Positions 24,963-36,894 of a stretch of DNA of 64,000 bases are shown here, piece after piece (position 1 is the first letter of the stretch; each line of letters opens with the position of its first letter). Source of the DNA: Pocillopora damicornis (lineage: Eukaryota). Location: contig NW_020844815.1 in the NCBI RefSeq assembly GCF_003704095.1, positions 62,001 through 126,000 on the forward strand, in the 5' to 3' direction. The notes beneath the pieces were generated by a model. The model saw only the letters and a list, made by a program, of their open reading frames with translations. It was not told the DNA's origin and ran no database searches. Position numbers and translations under genes: made by a program.

Positions 24963-27900
24963 ATTCATTTGAAAGCAAAGCAGCTGCCTAGTTTTGCTAC
25001 AATCATGCCTTCTCTGCTTGCCATTCATAGTACATAGTAAATCAACAGCATGTACATTTTTTAACATAAATGCTCGTTTTGCTTGGGGTTAAAATGTGGA
25101 TTTGCAAGTTTTTATTGAGTGTCTACTCCATACAGAGTGGGTGGTAGGTTTCTTACTTAGAAAATAACTTAAAGGTAAATTTCAAATAAGGGTAATCTTC
25201 TTCTCATGATATATTCTTTATTTTCAGCTCTAGGAGAATCACTGAAATTTCATGAATACCCTAAAATACTTGTTTCTTGTAATCAATAGCAAATGGTTTG
25301 AACCTGGAAGTAATATTTTGTTTAATAAACTAAACAAAAAGACACATCATGATTACCTTGCGCCACCAAATTTTGTTTCATGTAAGTACAATGTAGCTCT
25401 TACTTTCATTCAAGCTAGATTTGTTTTCATTTATTATCAGGTGTGATCAGAAGACCAAGTAGTCCTTCACGGGCACACCCCCTCTCAGGTTTCATTCAGG
25501 CACAAATTCATTCACAACAGCTACAAAACCTTCAACTCCCACATGCCTCCTATCCATCTCAGACAGCACAGGTGCGTCCAACAGCAGCCCCAGAGAGATT
25601 TCCAGGGTATCCCCATGGTCAGGTACAAGCACCTGTCATCACAGGGAATCAGGTTGATGTGTGTGTTTCCATAATGTATACAATAAAAGATGTTTTGTGT
25701 GTCTTTGTGTGTGGTATCTTCCAGATTGTTTTTTTTTTATTGCATAATTCATTCATTCTAGTAAAAGTGCCTTTAGATAGATATATTTTTGATGCAGAGA
25801 TTTTCTCACTGTTCTTCAAACTTGAATAAGGATAGTGATTGGATCAATCCTGGTATCTGAGCAATTGCACACCTACCCCTCCCCTAACCCAACAACAGTC
25901 AACTGGTAACTAGTTAGGGTTAATGTTAGGTTAGGGGAGGGGTAGGTATGCAGTTGCTCAGATACTAACATTAATCCAAGTGATCAATGTCCAACCTCTC
26001 CAAAGGATTGTATTCAGATCAATAACAACAATGTTAACTTAAATGTGTTGTCTGATGAGTTGTTCTTAAACCTGTTTGAAGATTTTGTTAAGGGTTACTC
26101 AAGTGAATCACTTAATACTGTCAAACCTATCACTCACAGGAAATGGCAGAGTGACCACCTAATATAGGTTCCACAGAATAAGGGTGTTTCAAAAAACAAG
26201 TAAAATCGCCATTTTATGCCATAATTGACCACTTAATGTGCAAAAACTCACTCAAAAATACAACTCACTAACAGTGATCTTGGGAGATTAAAGTTGATTA
26301 CATTCAACTTGAAAGATTATTCTTAGTTTTATTTGGGTTGTTCCACTTAAAGTGACTGTTCAATACAGGTGGAGGACAGTACAAAAAGGCGGTTGGCACT
26401 CAGTAAAGGGTGACTTAAGGACCACTTAACCCTTTAACTCCCAGGATCTGATTGTTAATTCTCCCCACTTACTGCTACATATTTCCTTGTAAATTAGTGA
26501 CCAGAATTTGGTGTTAGATCAAGATGACAATTTCTACCTGATAAGTTTGAATATTCTCATTACTTGTTTGCTGGATACTGAAAAGATGTTACAGGGAGAA
26601 GTTTCATGTTGATCACTTCTGGGAGTTAAAGGGTAGAGGTGACCACTTAATAGGCTTGAAGATTACCGTAATCAAGGGGTAACAATTTTGGGACTTTGAC
26701 AACAGACCGCTCAATACAGGGTGACTGTGAGTGTGGTGCTGCTTAATACAGGTTTGACTGTAGTAGCATAACACCTTGTGGGTCAAGACCCTAATGCATA
26801 TCAAGAATGCACTTTGCATAATTTTAGGATAATCTTAACACTTTTTCTTACTCTGCAGACTGAAAGTCGTTTTCCAGGAAAGCAACACCCACCTTCACAG
26901 CTCCCTACCACTGGAACACCTCAAGAATCACCAGCGCAGTTCAACAGACAGCCATTGCAACAAGGTGGACAACCTCAGCAGGTGTGTAGTGTAATAAAAA
27001 ATTCACCTTGTGGCTCAAGGGACAGCATTTCCTTCTTGCTAGGGTGCAAAGGGTTTATAAGTTCAGTTTCTAGACCTTGATTCATATGAGGGTTTATTTC
27101 ATTGTAATTTCATGTTGTTCTCCCCTTCCTGACTCTGCAGTTGCACACCATGCTAATGAAGAACAAAAGCTTTTAAAGGGTGAAAGGGTGAATATTTAGA
27201 TATTTTAGTGGAGTGAAGTAATCCCAGGATACATTAAACATGAATGCTAGCTCATAATAGAAAGGTGTCAACACTGTTGGCTTTTTTGGAAAATTTATCT
27301 CATGAAAACTCTTAATTTTCAATGAACAAGCAATTTTCCAATTTTGATTGTCTCCCATCTTCATTTTTTTTTTTTACACAAGTTGATGTATTAGATAGTG
27401 TAAACAAATTTTGATGTACTGGTATTTTCTAGGTAATAAGGAGGCTGCCATGGCAGTTACATGTACCACAATTCAATATATTAAATGTATTTATTGTCAG
27501 TGAATTTATAACGTTGTAGGAAAATCAGCAGGCATTTCCAAGTCACCAAGTACAACAGCAGCAACAACAGCAACAACAACAACAACAACAACAGCAGCAG
27601 CAGCAGCAGTTTCCATATCATGTGCAGCTGCAACAACCAGGTTATCAACAATACATACAACATGGCAGTCAGAAACAAACTTTTCAACAGCCTCCACCAC
27701 ACCCTCAACAGCAACAACAACAACAACCAGGTCCAACATCACACAACCAAGGAACTCAGCATGGGTACCCTGTGCATCATTCTGGCCAGGACCAAGCACA
27801 TCTCCAGTCTTATCCTATACATGGTACAAGTGTCCACCAATTGCAAACACAGCAGTCCTATCAAGCACACCCTCAGCAACAGGGATACCAACCAAAGCAA

Positions 27901-29238
27901 CAATCAGGAGCATATCAAGTTCAGCAAGGAGCAGTAAGCAACCAGCATGTTTACCATTTGCAGCAGCAACAACAACAGCAGCCTGTGCAGCAGTCTGTGC
28001 AGTACCCTGGAATGCAGGGACACCAAGGGCAACAGCCTGACCTGACACAACACAGGCAGCAAAGCATGGCACCGCAGCAGTACCACCAGCAACAAAGCAG
28101 TCAGAGTCAAAGTCGACAAGTGCCATATGATGCAGGACATCAATCCCAACAAATGGTTCCACCTCAGCAGCAGCAGCAGCACCAGAAGCCAGAACAGAGA
28201 CCAAGTACAGGACCTGGGTATTCCCAAAACTATCAGGTAAATCTTTTCCTGTTAATTTTTATTTTAACAAATTCAAGCTAGAGTTAGGAAAATTTGAGTT
28301 TAAGAGGGGGTTTGAACTCTAAGAAACTCTAGTTCTGAATTATTTAACTTTCAACCACAACATTAACCCACTGACAGCTATTCCTGTATAATTGGGATGG
28401 AAAATGTGAAAAGATGAGACATCAAAGATTTGACATGTTTTGAAGCTGTTATGGCACTTTCAGACAATCAGCCAAATACAACTGACCATAAACAATTTTG
28501 TCACATGATGCCACTGTAGTTTTAAGAGTTACACAATTAACAAAGCCAACCTGATTTATGGGACTATGGCTTATATATTGGGCTTTAACGACAAGAAAGC
28601 AAGCTGCTCATCTGAAATGCTGTCAAGCTGCTGTGTGTAAATAAACCTTTCACTTTTTGTTTGACAGCATGAATATCAGCAGCACCATCTACAGGGATCC
28701 CAGTCAACAAAGAGAGCCAGCCACAAGTTCAGTCCTTATCCATACTCTGGATCAAAGAGCCATCATCAAGGAAATGCTGCAAAGAAATACTCAGGAAAGT
28801 ACCAAAGCTCTCAAGAAGTGACTTCATCTTCAGGATCTCACACAGGCAAGTATTAACACAGTAGAGATATGGAGAGTGCTTACTTGCCTCCCCATGTGGC
28901 TTTGGTGTGGGAGTCAAAGCCAAATGGGGGGTTAGCTTGTGATGATGAGTATTCCTTCCAGGGGGGGTGGGGTGGGGTTGGTTGGCTTGTGATGGATTAA
29001 TATTCCTTTGGGGGGGGAGAGGTTAGCTTGTGATGGCTGAGGGAGATTAGTCAGTCTGATACGTCATTTTCAGACTTAAACTTTCGCTAATCGTATTAAT
29101 TGCTCTTACATCATAGGGCCTTCAGGAAGTTCCTCCCACTCAAGACACCATCATCATCAGGGTAGCAGGAGTCACAAGCCAGGAACAGGATATAGTTCAT
29201 CCAGTAGCCAACCAAAGTCATCCAGATATTACCAGTGA
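24113..29238 (+). CDS. GPS2: G protein pathway suppressor 2 (NCoR/SMRT-HDAC3 complex subunit); 6 exons, approx. 595 aa with a long Q/H/Y/P-rich C-terminal region
   Basis: N-terminus MPVLIERTRPPKAQLRAVHAYIRRQREK...VEDVKKEIAELEAKLEQLKQKKHDLFSQFKRALNYENE resembles GPS2 (MPALLERPKL...EKHQLFLQLKKVLHEEE). Exons 24113-24548, 25441-25652, 26859-26981, 27520-28236, 28668-28845 and 29117-29238 total 1788 nt in one frame, ending SSRYYQ* (human GPS2 ends PRFYHK). Confidence 0.88.
24738..24968. mobile_element. Second copy of the foldback element, in GPS2 intron 1
   Basis: AATTTAGTATTATCAACTGAGTTGATAACATAAATTGGCCAC ... GTGGCCAATTTATGTTATCAACTCAGTTGATAATACTAAATT, plus the same tail as the 8761 copy. Confidence 0.8.
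25841..25977. mobile_element. Short palindromic MITE
   Basis: GTATCTGAGCAATTGCACACCTACCCCTCCCCTAACC ... GGTTAGGGGAGGGGTAGGTATGCAGTTGCTCAGATAC inverted arms of ~50 bp. Confidence 0.8.
26117..26762. mobile_element. Tc1/mariner-like MITE with a nested TTAA MITE (26426-26635)
   Basis: TACTGTCAAACCT ... GCTTAATACAGGTTTGACTGTA termini. The inner element is TTAACCCTTTAACTCCC...GGGAGTTAAAGGG. Confidence 0.75.
27553..27609 (+). repeat. Coding CAA/CAG repeat (Q19) in GPS2
   Basis: 19 consecutive CAA/CAG codons in exon 4. Confidence 0.95.
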
Positions 29239-30152
29239 AAATGTATATACACTGTCGCTTTACGCAGACGCGTTTATGCATGGAAACACGGGTCTTGTTT
29301 TATTACTGAGAACGAAAATGTGAAAAAAAACTGTGAAGAGTTACGTCGTCCATATGACGATGTTATACCAATGAAAACATGCATTTATGTAGAGATAGTG
29401 TCTCTTGTGCAGATGTCTGGCATCATCTTTGAAAAAATGCAACGGATGCAATCCGGCGTAGGACTTTCCAACAAGAGCAAAGTAAACCTTGAAGCTTCTA
29501 TTGATGGAATCAGTAAAATACACTGAAGGCAATCCAGTGGAGCTGTTACTATTTCAAAGAGTATCCAAGTTGCTTTAATCAGAATTCGCCAGGGTTGCTC
29601 CTTCTATGCGGGGCGCGGTGTGCAAAGACACGTAATTTCTGCATGCGTTGATGCGTTGACTTTAGAGCCTGCACTGCAGTTCGGTCTTGCCTTGGTATAA
29701 GACTACTAAGAGACCTTTAATACAGTATATTTCAGAACCCTCTTGACTTCATAGATTGGAAAATAAGAGAGAAAAGGGAAAACTGTTCTCGTTGGCCTCG
29801 TTATCTTTAACTAAAATTTTGAAAACGAAAAATCTCTACGGGCTTCAATGCTTTCAAGCTCCCGGTGTGGGAAGAGGAAAATGAAGATGAAGTAACGACG
29901 ACGATGGACTGGATAGTGTTATCTCATAACTCACAGTGTAATAATAAAGGATATCAGCACGATTTGAGTCAAAGCGAGTGTCAGACTAGTTATTTATGTT
30001 TGTAAATGCATACCTTATTTCGAATACGTTCACGGATTTTATCCACACGTGAAGGACCAAAACCATCACTGGAACGAATTCGTCCGTGTAAGGTAAGGTA
30101 AGGTAAGGTCTTTGATATATGTATATATCAAAGGAAATAGATATATGTGCAC

Positions 30153-30153
30153 A

Positions 30154-30178
<25 letters not shown>
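30153..30178. repeat. (TA)n microsatellite
   Basis: Perfect TA run of about 12 units. Confidence 0.95.
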
Positions 30179-30184
<6 letters not shown>

Positions 30185-30429
30185 GCCTTAAAATGGTCAA
30201 GCTTTGATTTATTTTGGCAGTTTTATCAGATATTATTTTTGTGCTTAAAAATACATTAAAGCCTTCCGTTGAACACTCAAATATTTAACAAAAATATTAG
30301 TCCTTTTAAGACGACCACACCCTGTTTATGCCAAAGCACCACTCTGCAAAATGGCACATTGACTTCGAATCTGGATTGTGATTCAAAACAAAATCAGTGG
30401 AATAGTTTACTATCAGATAGTTGTCGTGT

Positions 30430-30683
30430 GACGAGAGCGCCGCCAAATTGGCCTTTGTTCTTAAAATTCTTAGTGTGGCTGTGTTCCTGCGCTCGCAAGG
30501 TGACAAAAGCGAATTTACTTCCTTGGCGCTTTTTAGAACCAAATACCTAGTTGTATGCTGTGATCATCCGCCCCCCTCCCTCCCCCTAAGTATGAATGGC
30601 CACAGAATACTGTGAGGCAACAGTGGCAGCCCGCGTCACCTTTTCCCGCCAATTTGAGAACTGTTCTCAAGAAATAATCCGAC
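30430..30683 (+). promoter_or_regulatory. Proximal promoter of the RAD51AP2-like gene with E2F-type sites
   Basis: TTTTCCCGCCAA at 30641-30652, about 30 bp upstream of the ATG. Further GCGCCGCCAAA (~30437) and TTGGCGC (~30523) motifs. Confidence 0.5.
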
Positions 30684-33600
30684 ATGGGTTGCGGTGAGTA
30701 TTTTCAGTCCACAAGTTTTAGTTTTTCTCAGTTTATCTTCAAATCGCTTATTCTCAATAGCGTATTTTGTTTCATATTTAATATGTTGCTTGGCACAAGT
30801 TAAACAGATCTACCCTATAAATCAAGTTAAGCTAGTTTAGAGCTCTGTAAACAATTCGTGATGATATTTTTTGAAAGAATATTTTTTGAAAGTTTCTGCA
30901 AGTAACTGTTTTTCTTCCTTTTTGTCTTTGTTTTATTACTTGTATCAGGCATTTGCTTTGTTCCCTTTTTTCATTTTGCAGAATGTTGGATAATCTGATC
31001 CGAAGATTCCTAAGTATGGATGAAGCATCACAAAAGTCATTTTATGACGGTAAGCAGCTCTATTCTTGTACCAGATGTGAATTAATATTGTAGGCATATC
31101 AGTCGGAAAAAGGAGAGGTTGAATTGAATTTCCATGCTTGTATTCTTTTGGCATATTAGTCGAAGGAGCTTGGGTTAAATTGCGTTATGACAAAATTGGT
31201 GTTGAGCTGAGACGATGTCATTTAATAAGAGCAGTATTTCCAGTGACACCTTTCGAAGTTAAATTCATTAATTTGGACAAATTTCGTTCCAAGGAAAAAC
31301 GAACCTGTTAAAATAAGACTTTCGTAATGATAAAAGGTAGACCCAGAGAAAGCAAGACATATGAATCACATTAAAATATGTCGAAATGCTACAAGAAGAG
31401 AATTCCATTATTTGGAACTCGAGGCGTACTTGCATTACACTGTCTGACAGTAGAAGTCAAATAAAGTATGCCAGTTATTGTCATTCTAAACATAATGCTA
31501 ACAGACAAGTAATAAAAATAGGTCCGCACTGCATAAGTGTGTCTAGTACAAATTGAAAGGAATGTAATGTATTATAAGATAATTACATGCTAACAGTTGT
31601 GGTGCACTTTAAGTCTATTTGGAAGGTATACTGAATAGATATAAGTGGATTCATATGTGTACCAAAGTGCAGTAGTTTTCAAGGAAGTTTTTGGGTAAAC
31701 TATTTAACAAGTAGACGTTGAGTTCCGAGTCTTCTAAGCGAATCGATGCACGGGAGATTTTGTCAACTAATCAGAAGCAAAACTAAAACAAATTATGACT
31801 ACCGAAGACCAGAACTTTGCAAATATTTAAGTAACAGCAAATAAAATTTCAATATAAAATTAGTTTTTGGAAAAAATGGGAACGGAATAAACGGAAGATT
31901 TCAACACGAAGACTACGGATTTATGGCTTCATTTGTTTTCAACTATGCGGCCAAAATAGTTAGTGCATTTTTTAACAGAGAGAACATTGATGATATCGTA
32001 TTATTCCTTGACTGTATTCCTAATTGTCACAAATTAAGACGTTAATTAATGGTTCTCTAATCCATTAATGACGTCATTACTCTGATTAAGTTAAATACGT
32101 CAACTGATTCATCATGCCGCTGGAAAGCAGTTGCCTGAAACATTGATTAAGATCATTTGTTAAATTTTACCAGATGATCTTCAAGTGGGTGGATTTACAT
32201 CGAATGTTTTAGGAAAACTGAAGGAGGAAAGGCAGCTCGTCTTTAAAAGCGGCAGCGAGCAACTGATAGAGAGAATATCGGAATCAATCAGTCATGAACA
32301 ACGTGGAAACGATCAATCTGAATGTACAGTCCCTGTTTATGATGAGCAAATATGCCAATTAGAAACACCTCAAGTTACGACAGATCACGCAACATTATCT
32401 ATGTCAAATTCTCTGGCTCAAGATCGAAGAACAGTTACACCCGCAGGGTTACGCGCTGAAATGCTGATGATAGAGCAGGGGGCAGATCCACGTGAACTTC
32501 CCGCCAAGTTAACTGTTACCTGCTCAAAAGACAACTTCGAGTGTAGCGAAGATAACGCGGGAAAGAAATCAGTCGCCGTGCAACCTGGATTCTTCTTTGA
32601 TTGGAAAGTCTGTGGGAAGTTTGAACATGATCGGATAAACAAAGGTTAGCGAAAATGATGGGTGTGCTTTGAATGACATGTTAAAAGAACGCTTAAATTT
32701 AGACTTGTGAATTAAGAGCAGGAGGCCCATAATGTTCTCATATCACAGTGCGTTGACTTTCTTTGCCTGATCCACCGAGTTGTCTCTTTGTGAGAGTACT
32801 TCAACGTAACTTTTCCAGCATAGTAAATGTGTCACGGATGACTACGAAATTGTCTGCTAACACGCACACCGCGCCATGACAAAACAGTGAGGTCAAGGAA
32901 TCACGAATTACTTATGTTTTTTTTTCAGCGTCAGTTTTTTGGCCACCCATCGGAATCAAGTCACCAGCAATGGGGACTAAAGGTAAGTTTGTTTTCTTTC
33001 CTTATTTGATGTTGCGGTCGAAGGTATTCATTTTTTGATGCTGACAGATGTAAGGCCTAGATCGATTCTTAGCATCATTTTCCTGTATACTGATTATAGC
33101 AAAGTGTTTTCTTCTTCCAATCACAATTCTTGTTAAGTTTACTTTTCCGCTTTCATAGCTACATACCGACCCACGATATCATTCTTTACTATGGTTGAAG
33201 AAGCTCATCTGCTACCTATGGAAAAAATCGAGCAAATTAAGAATCAGTTCCACAGTAAGCATTCAGATCAAGATCCCAGAGTCCTGAAGAGAAAGAGCCC
33301 TGTTCACGAGAGAATATGCTTACGTGCTGAAAAGTTCGGCAAAATGGACTTAGACGATGACACAGACAATTTCACCGAGGATCACCAGCTCTTTTCCCAA
33401 GAAGGAACGAGTTCTGATTGCAGCCTTGGTCCTCACGTTGGCCTTGATCAAGAGGTACCCATTCAGCATGAAGACGGAAACTCCAAGGAAAAGGCAAAGG
33501 GAATGTCAGACGGACAATTGCCTCGAAATATGTTAATGAAAGTAAGCTCTTTCAACAAAGGACCACTGCCTGACTCCGAAGAAAACCGACTAACCTGGCA

Positions 33601-36600
33601 GAGTTCACAGGCAGACCCCTATCTGATTGAAAAAGCGCCATATTACGGTGTAAACACCGTAGAAACATGCACTGAATCGCTTTGCCCAAAATTGGCCAAG
33701 CAAAGTTGCTTCCCCGGAAATGATAAAAAAAGTTCAAAGGAAACAATCTTATCTGGATGTACTGTAGCTGAAGTATTGTCAACGTGCGCGAAGTTTCAAT
33801 GTGGTCACTCATGCCTCGCGGCCGACCACCCTGAGGGCAACTCAGAACCAGCAGAGAAAGAACATGTACTCAACATCATCAACGATGACTCAACTAATGT
33901 TCAGTTATATAAAGTGTCCAATAGCTTGCATGAATTTAACCATGACTTCTCATGCCAGTATCCACCACTAGCCCAGAGAATGTCCATCGACACGTGCTCG
34001 TCTCTTCGTGCAATAGGTCAACATGACCTGATAACAAACGTGAGTCGTTTTTCGATATAGTAATATAAATATGGAAATATATATGGAGACTAACTGATCA
34101 GTTAGGATGATTTAAACATTTTGCTCAGGTATCTAACCGGCAGTTAAGAGACAACCAACAGCTTTATTTCCCAGTATTCTAACCCCTAACTTCTCAGGCA
34201 CAACAATGACTACAATCAAAATTTTGCCTTAGTGTTCATCAAACTGGAACTACTTTTGTTCGTTTCTGCTGAAGTAAAATAACTCTGCGTCTCTGATTAA
34301 ATCCTGTCGCTATGATATAGGTTAGCTTTGATGACATGGATGTCAGTCCGTTACGTTCGGGAAGAGATTTATTGAAAGGAAAAATGCAGGTGTTGCACGA
34401 ACGAGAAGAGGTCATTGACTGGATGAGCCGCAGAACTGTGGTAGCGGAAGACCGACCTTTTAAAGGTTTAGAGCGCTTTTCTCCGATCTTATCAGAGAAC
34501 AGCTTCAACCATTGTACTCTTTTACATCCTGAATGTTTTGACAAAGTCAGACTGGATGACTTTCCAGACAACTCCTTGAATATCCAACCCGTCTCCCTCA
34601 TAGGAGAAGCACGAAACCAAACTAAAAAGGTTTGTGAGGGCAACCCTGAGAAAATTTTGATCACTGGTGTCCCAGTGGACTCGGGAAAAATGGATTGCCC
34701 TCAGGACATTTGTGATCAAACAACTATAGAAAACATGGAAACGGAAGAAGTTGCAGACCACCGAGAAATAAAGGTAACGAAAAATTATCCTAGTAAAGTA
34801 AATGCCAATCAGATCACAACCGCTCGAGCTCCAAATGACAAACAAGGGATGGCAAATTTGAGAACAGGAGATGACCACCCAACAATGGAAAGTAAGGATG
34901 ACGCAGGAGAATTCAATTTTGGTCATCAAAAAGATCAACGTCTTGAAGCCGCTTCAGGTCAGATATAAAATCATAGTACAAATTGTGTATTATTAAAAGC
35001 TATCAAAGTAGGAAAGGAATGATCTCTCGCTATTAGTTAAGAGTGATTTATATCACTTTCATGAGAGCTTGATAATTGTGGAATTGTTTTTTTTTTTCAG
35101 AAGAGATAAAAGATGAGAAGGAAAGCGATCACTTTCGAGCCGAAATCGAAAGGGGGATGATGAAATTGGATGGCCCTGAGCTACTTCATTTTGCCATGAT
35201 TTTTGTTAAAGGAGCTTTGGAAAAATCTCAGGTGTGTTAGTGTTCGAAAGGTGCCAGAGAAGTTGGTAGTTATCTCTCTGTGTCGCGCCCCTCTTAGTTA
35301 CCTCTCTTTTTGTAAAGTACAGATGGTGGAAAGACGTTAAGTGGCTATCAATGGAATGTAGTCACAAAAGCTTAATTAAGACAATCGCTGTATGAGTATA
35401 ACTCATGCTTTCAATAAACCAATATTGGAGAAATTTCCAAGTGGTTGTCGAAAAAAACCCGGATGGCTTTGATTTTGCTTAGCGCCGCTTTGTGATTGGT
35501 TTAGAAACTGGCGCCACCCTCTGACAAAATCAGATGCGAGACTATTTCTAATTTGTGACATGGTCAATCGCGTTTTCGTGCGCCGGAAACAATTTGTTGA
35601 TTTCACTTTGAGTTCTCATTGGCTTGTTATGTTATCCACTATTGCAATTTAACGCTGTGATTACTTTGGCTTTGGTTTTACAACACTTAAACTGTTTTTA
35701 CTACGATTTTAAATTTCAGTAAAAGCATTTCAACTTTGACTTGTAGGGCAAGGAAAATATAACTAGGATCTTTAAGATTCAAAGCTTTTTTCACAGATTG
35801 TACCTAGCTGCAACGGAGAGTTCGAAAGCGAAAAACGGAGTAAGAACTTGCGCCAAACAACATCTGCGTTTTCATGGAAAAATGACATCCTTCATCAAAA
35901 TCAGCAGGCAAAAGCCTCTGAACCTATAGAGAACGACTCACCCATTACAGGACAAGGTATTACTTGAGTTTCAATGTGAAAGAAGTTGAGAGAGACGGAA
36001 AGACAATACAAACAACCAACAAACCATATAAAGCATACAAGCTTGCAAGAACTGCCAACAGTGCATCTTTTTTTAACTACAGTATGCATAACATTTAAAA
36101 ATAATTCCTAGTTGAAAATACCGTTGTCATAACTTCTATTATAACATAGCTGGTAAATTTGTTTAATCAAATTCAATTGCGCGAGCGTGCTCCATATTCC
36201 TATTGTGCACGCTCATGACGTCAGTAAACAAATCCCTCAAGAAAAAAAATTTTCCATCGGGTTGAAAATGTTATAAAACAATTGGTTCATACGTCAGCTG
36301 TGCGTTCATCGAGATATGAAGCACTTGGGAAGTTTGGAGGACACTCAAGAAGCTAGAGTTGCTCTCGGCTACGCTCCCTGTGCATCTTTCGTGCTCTCCA
36401 AACTTCCCGCTTCATATCTCGATGAACGTACGCTGACGTATGAACCAATTGTTAAATATGAGGAAATTCAGGCATCGTGATATTTATTTACTCCCAGTGA
36501 TGTTACTTCCGGAAGGTTAGGTGATCTCACAAAAGCTAAGCCAGCGCCCTCCTGTTGGGCTCAGAGGCAGCGAAGTTTACTCCCCGTTCAGTTCAAAACG

Positions 36601-36894
36601 ATTATTCAACTGGTTACCGCTGATTTCCTGAAAAACGAACGGGATGGGGCACTGGAGTGAAACGTTTCATGAGCTGATATGACTTTTTTTATTGAACGTT
36701 TTTACCGTTTTCTTTAAGCAGACAGCGAATTCGAAGAGAATGGTGACGGCATGGAGGTTGAATATAAAGAAGGAACACCATTTCTGGTCAGACCTTTACC
36801 GAAGACTTCCAGCAACCGCCCCCTTCGACTCGGATTGTCCAGAATATATAGATGTAAATCATTACATCCTTGCCTCAAGAAGAACCTTGAATGA
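30684..36894 (+). CDS. RAD51AP2-like protein with a C-terminal RAD51-interacting motif; approx. 844 aa, mostly low-complexity/disordered
   Basis: Exons 30684-30693 (ATGGGTTGCG|GTGAGT), 32174-32644, 32929-32982, 33159-34039, 34321-34957, 35101-35231, 35797-35956, optional 36498-36515 and 36722-36894 join in frame (2535 nt). The last exon reads DSEFEENGDGMEVEYKEGTPFLVRPLPKTSSNRPLRLGLSRIYRCKSLHPCLKKNLE*, matching the RAD51AP1/RAD51AP2 motif R(L/I)GLSRxxxxKxLHP. The gene structure is well supported; orthology is inferred. Confidence 0.75.
36276..36455. mobile_element. Palindromic non-autonomous element
   Basis: AACAATTGGTTCATACGTCAGC...CGTTCATCGAGATATGAAGC and its reverse complement GCTTCATATCTCGATGAACG...GCTGACGTATGAACCAATTGTT. 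Confidence 0.8.

Noticed and set aside
27481-28227. Poly-L / poly-V / poly-A ORFs on the minus strand
   Set aside because: Antisense readings of the GPS2 CAA/CAG repeats.
30684-35231. AKAP-like interpretation (N-terminal MGC acylation plus amphipathic helix ELLHFAMIFVKGALEKS)
   Set aside because: MGCDDL is a poor myristoylation substrate (acidic residues, no Ser6), and the helix pattern is too generic. The C-terminal RAD51 motif is a much more specific match.
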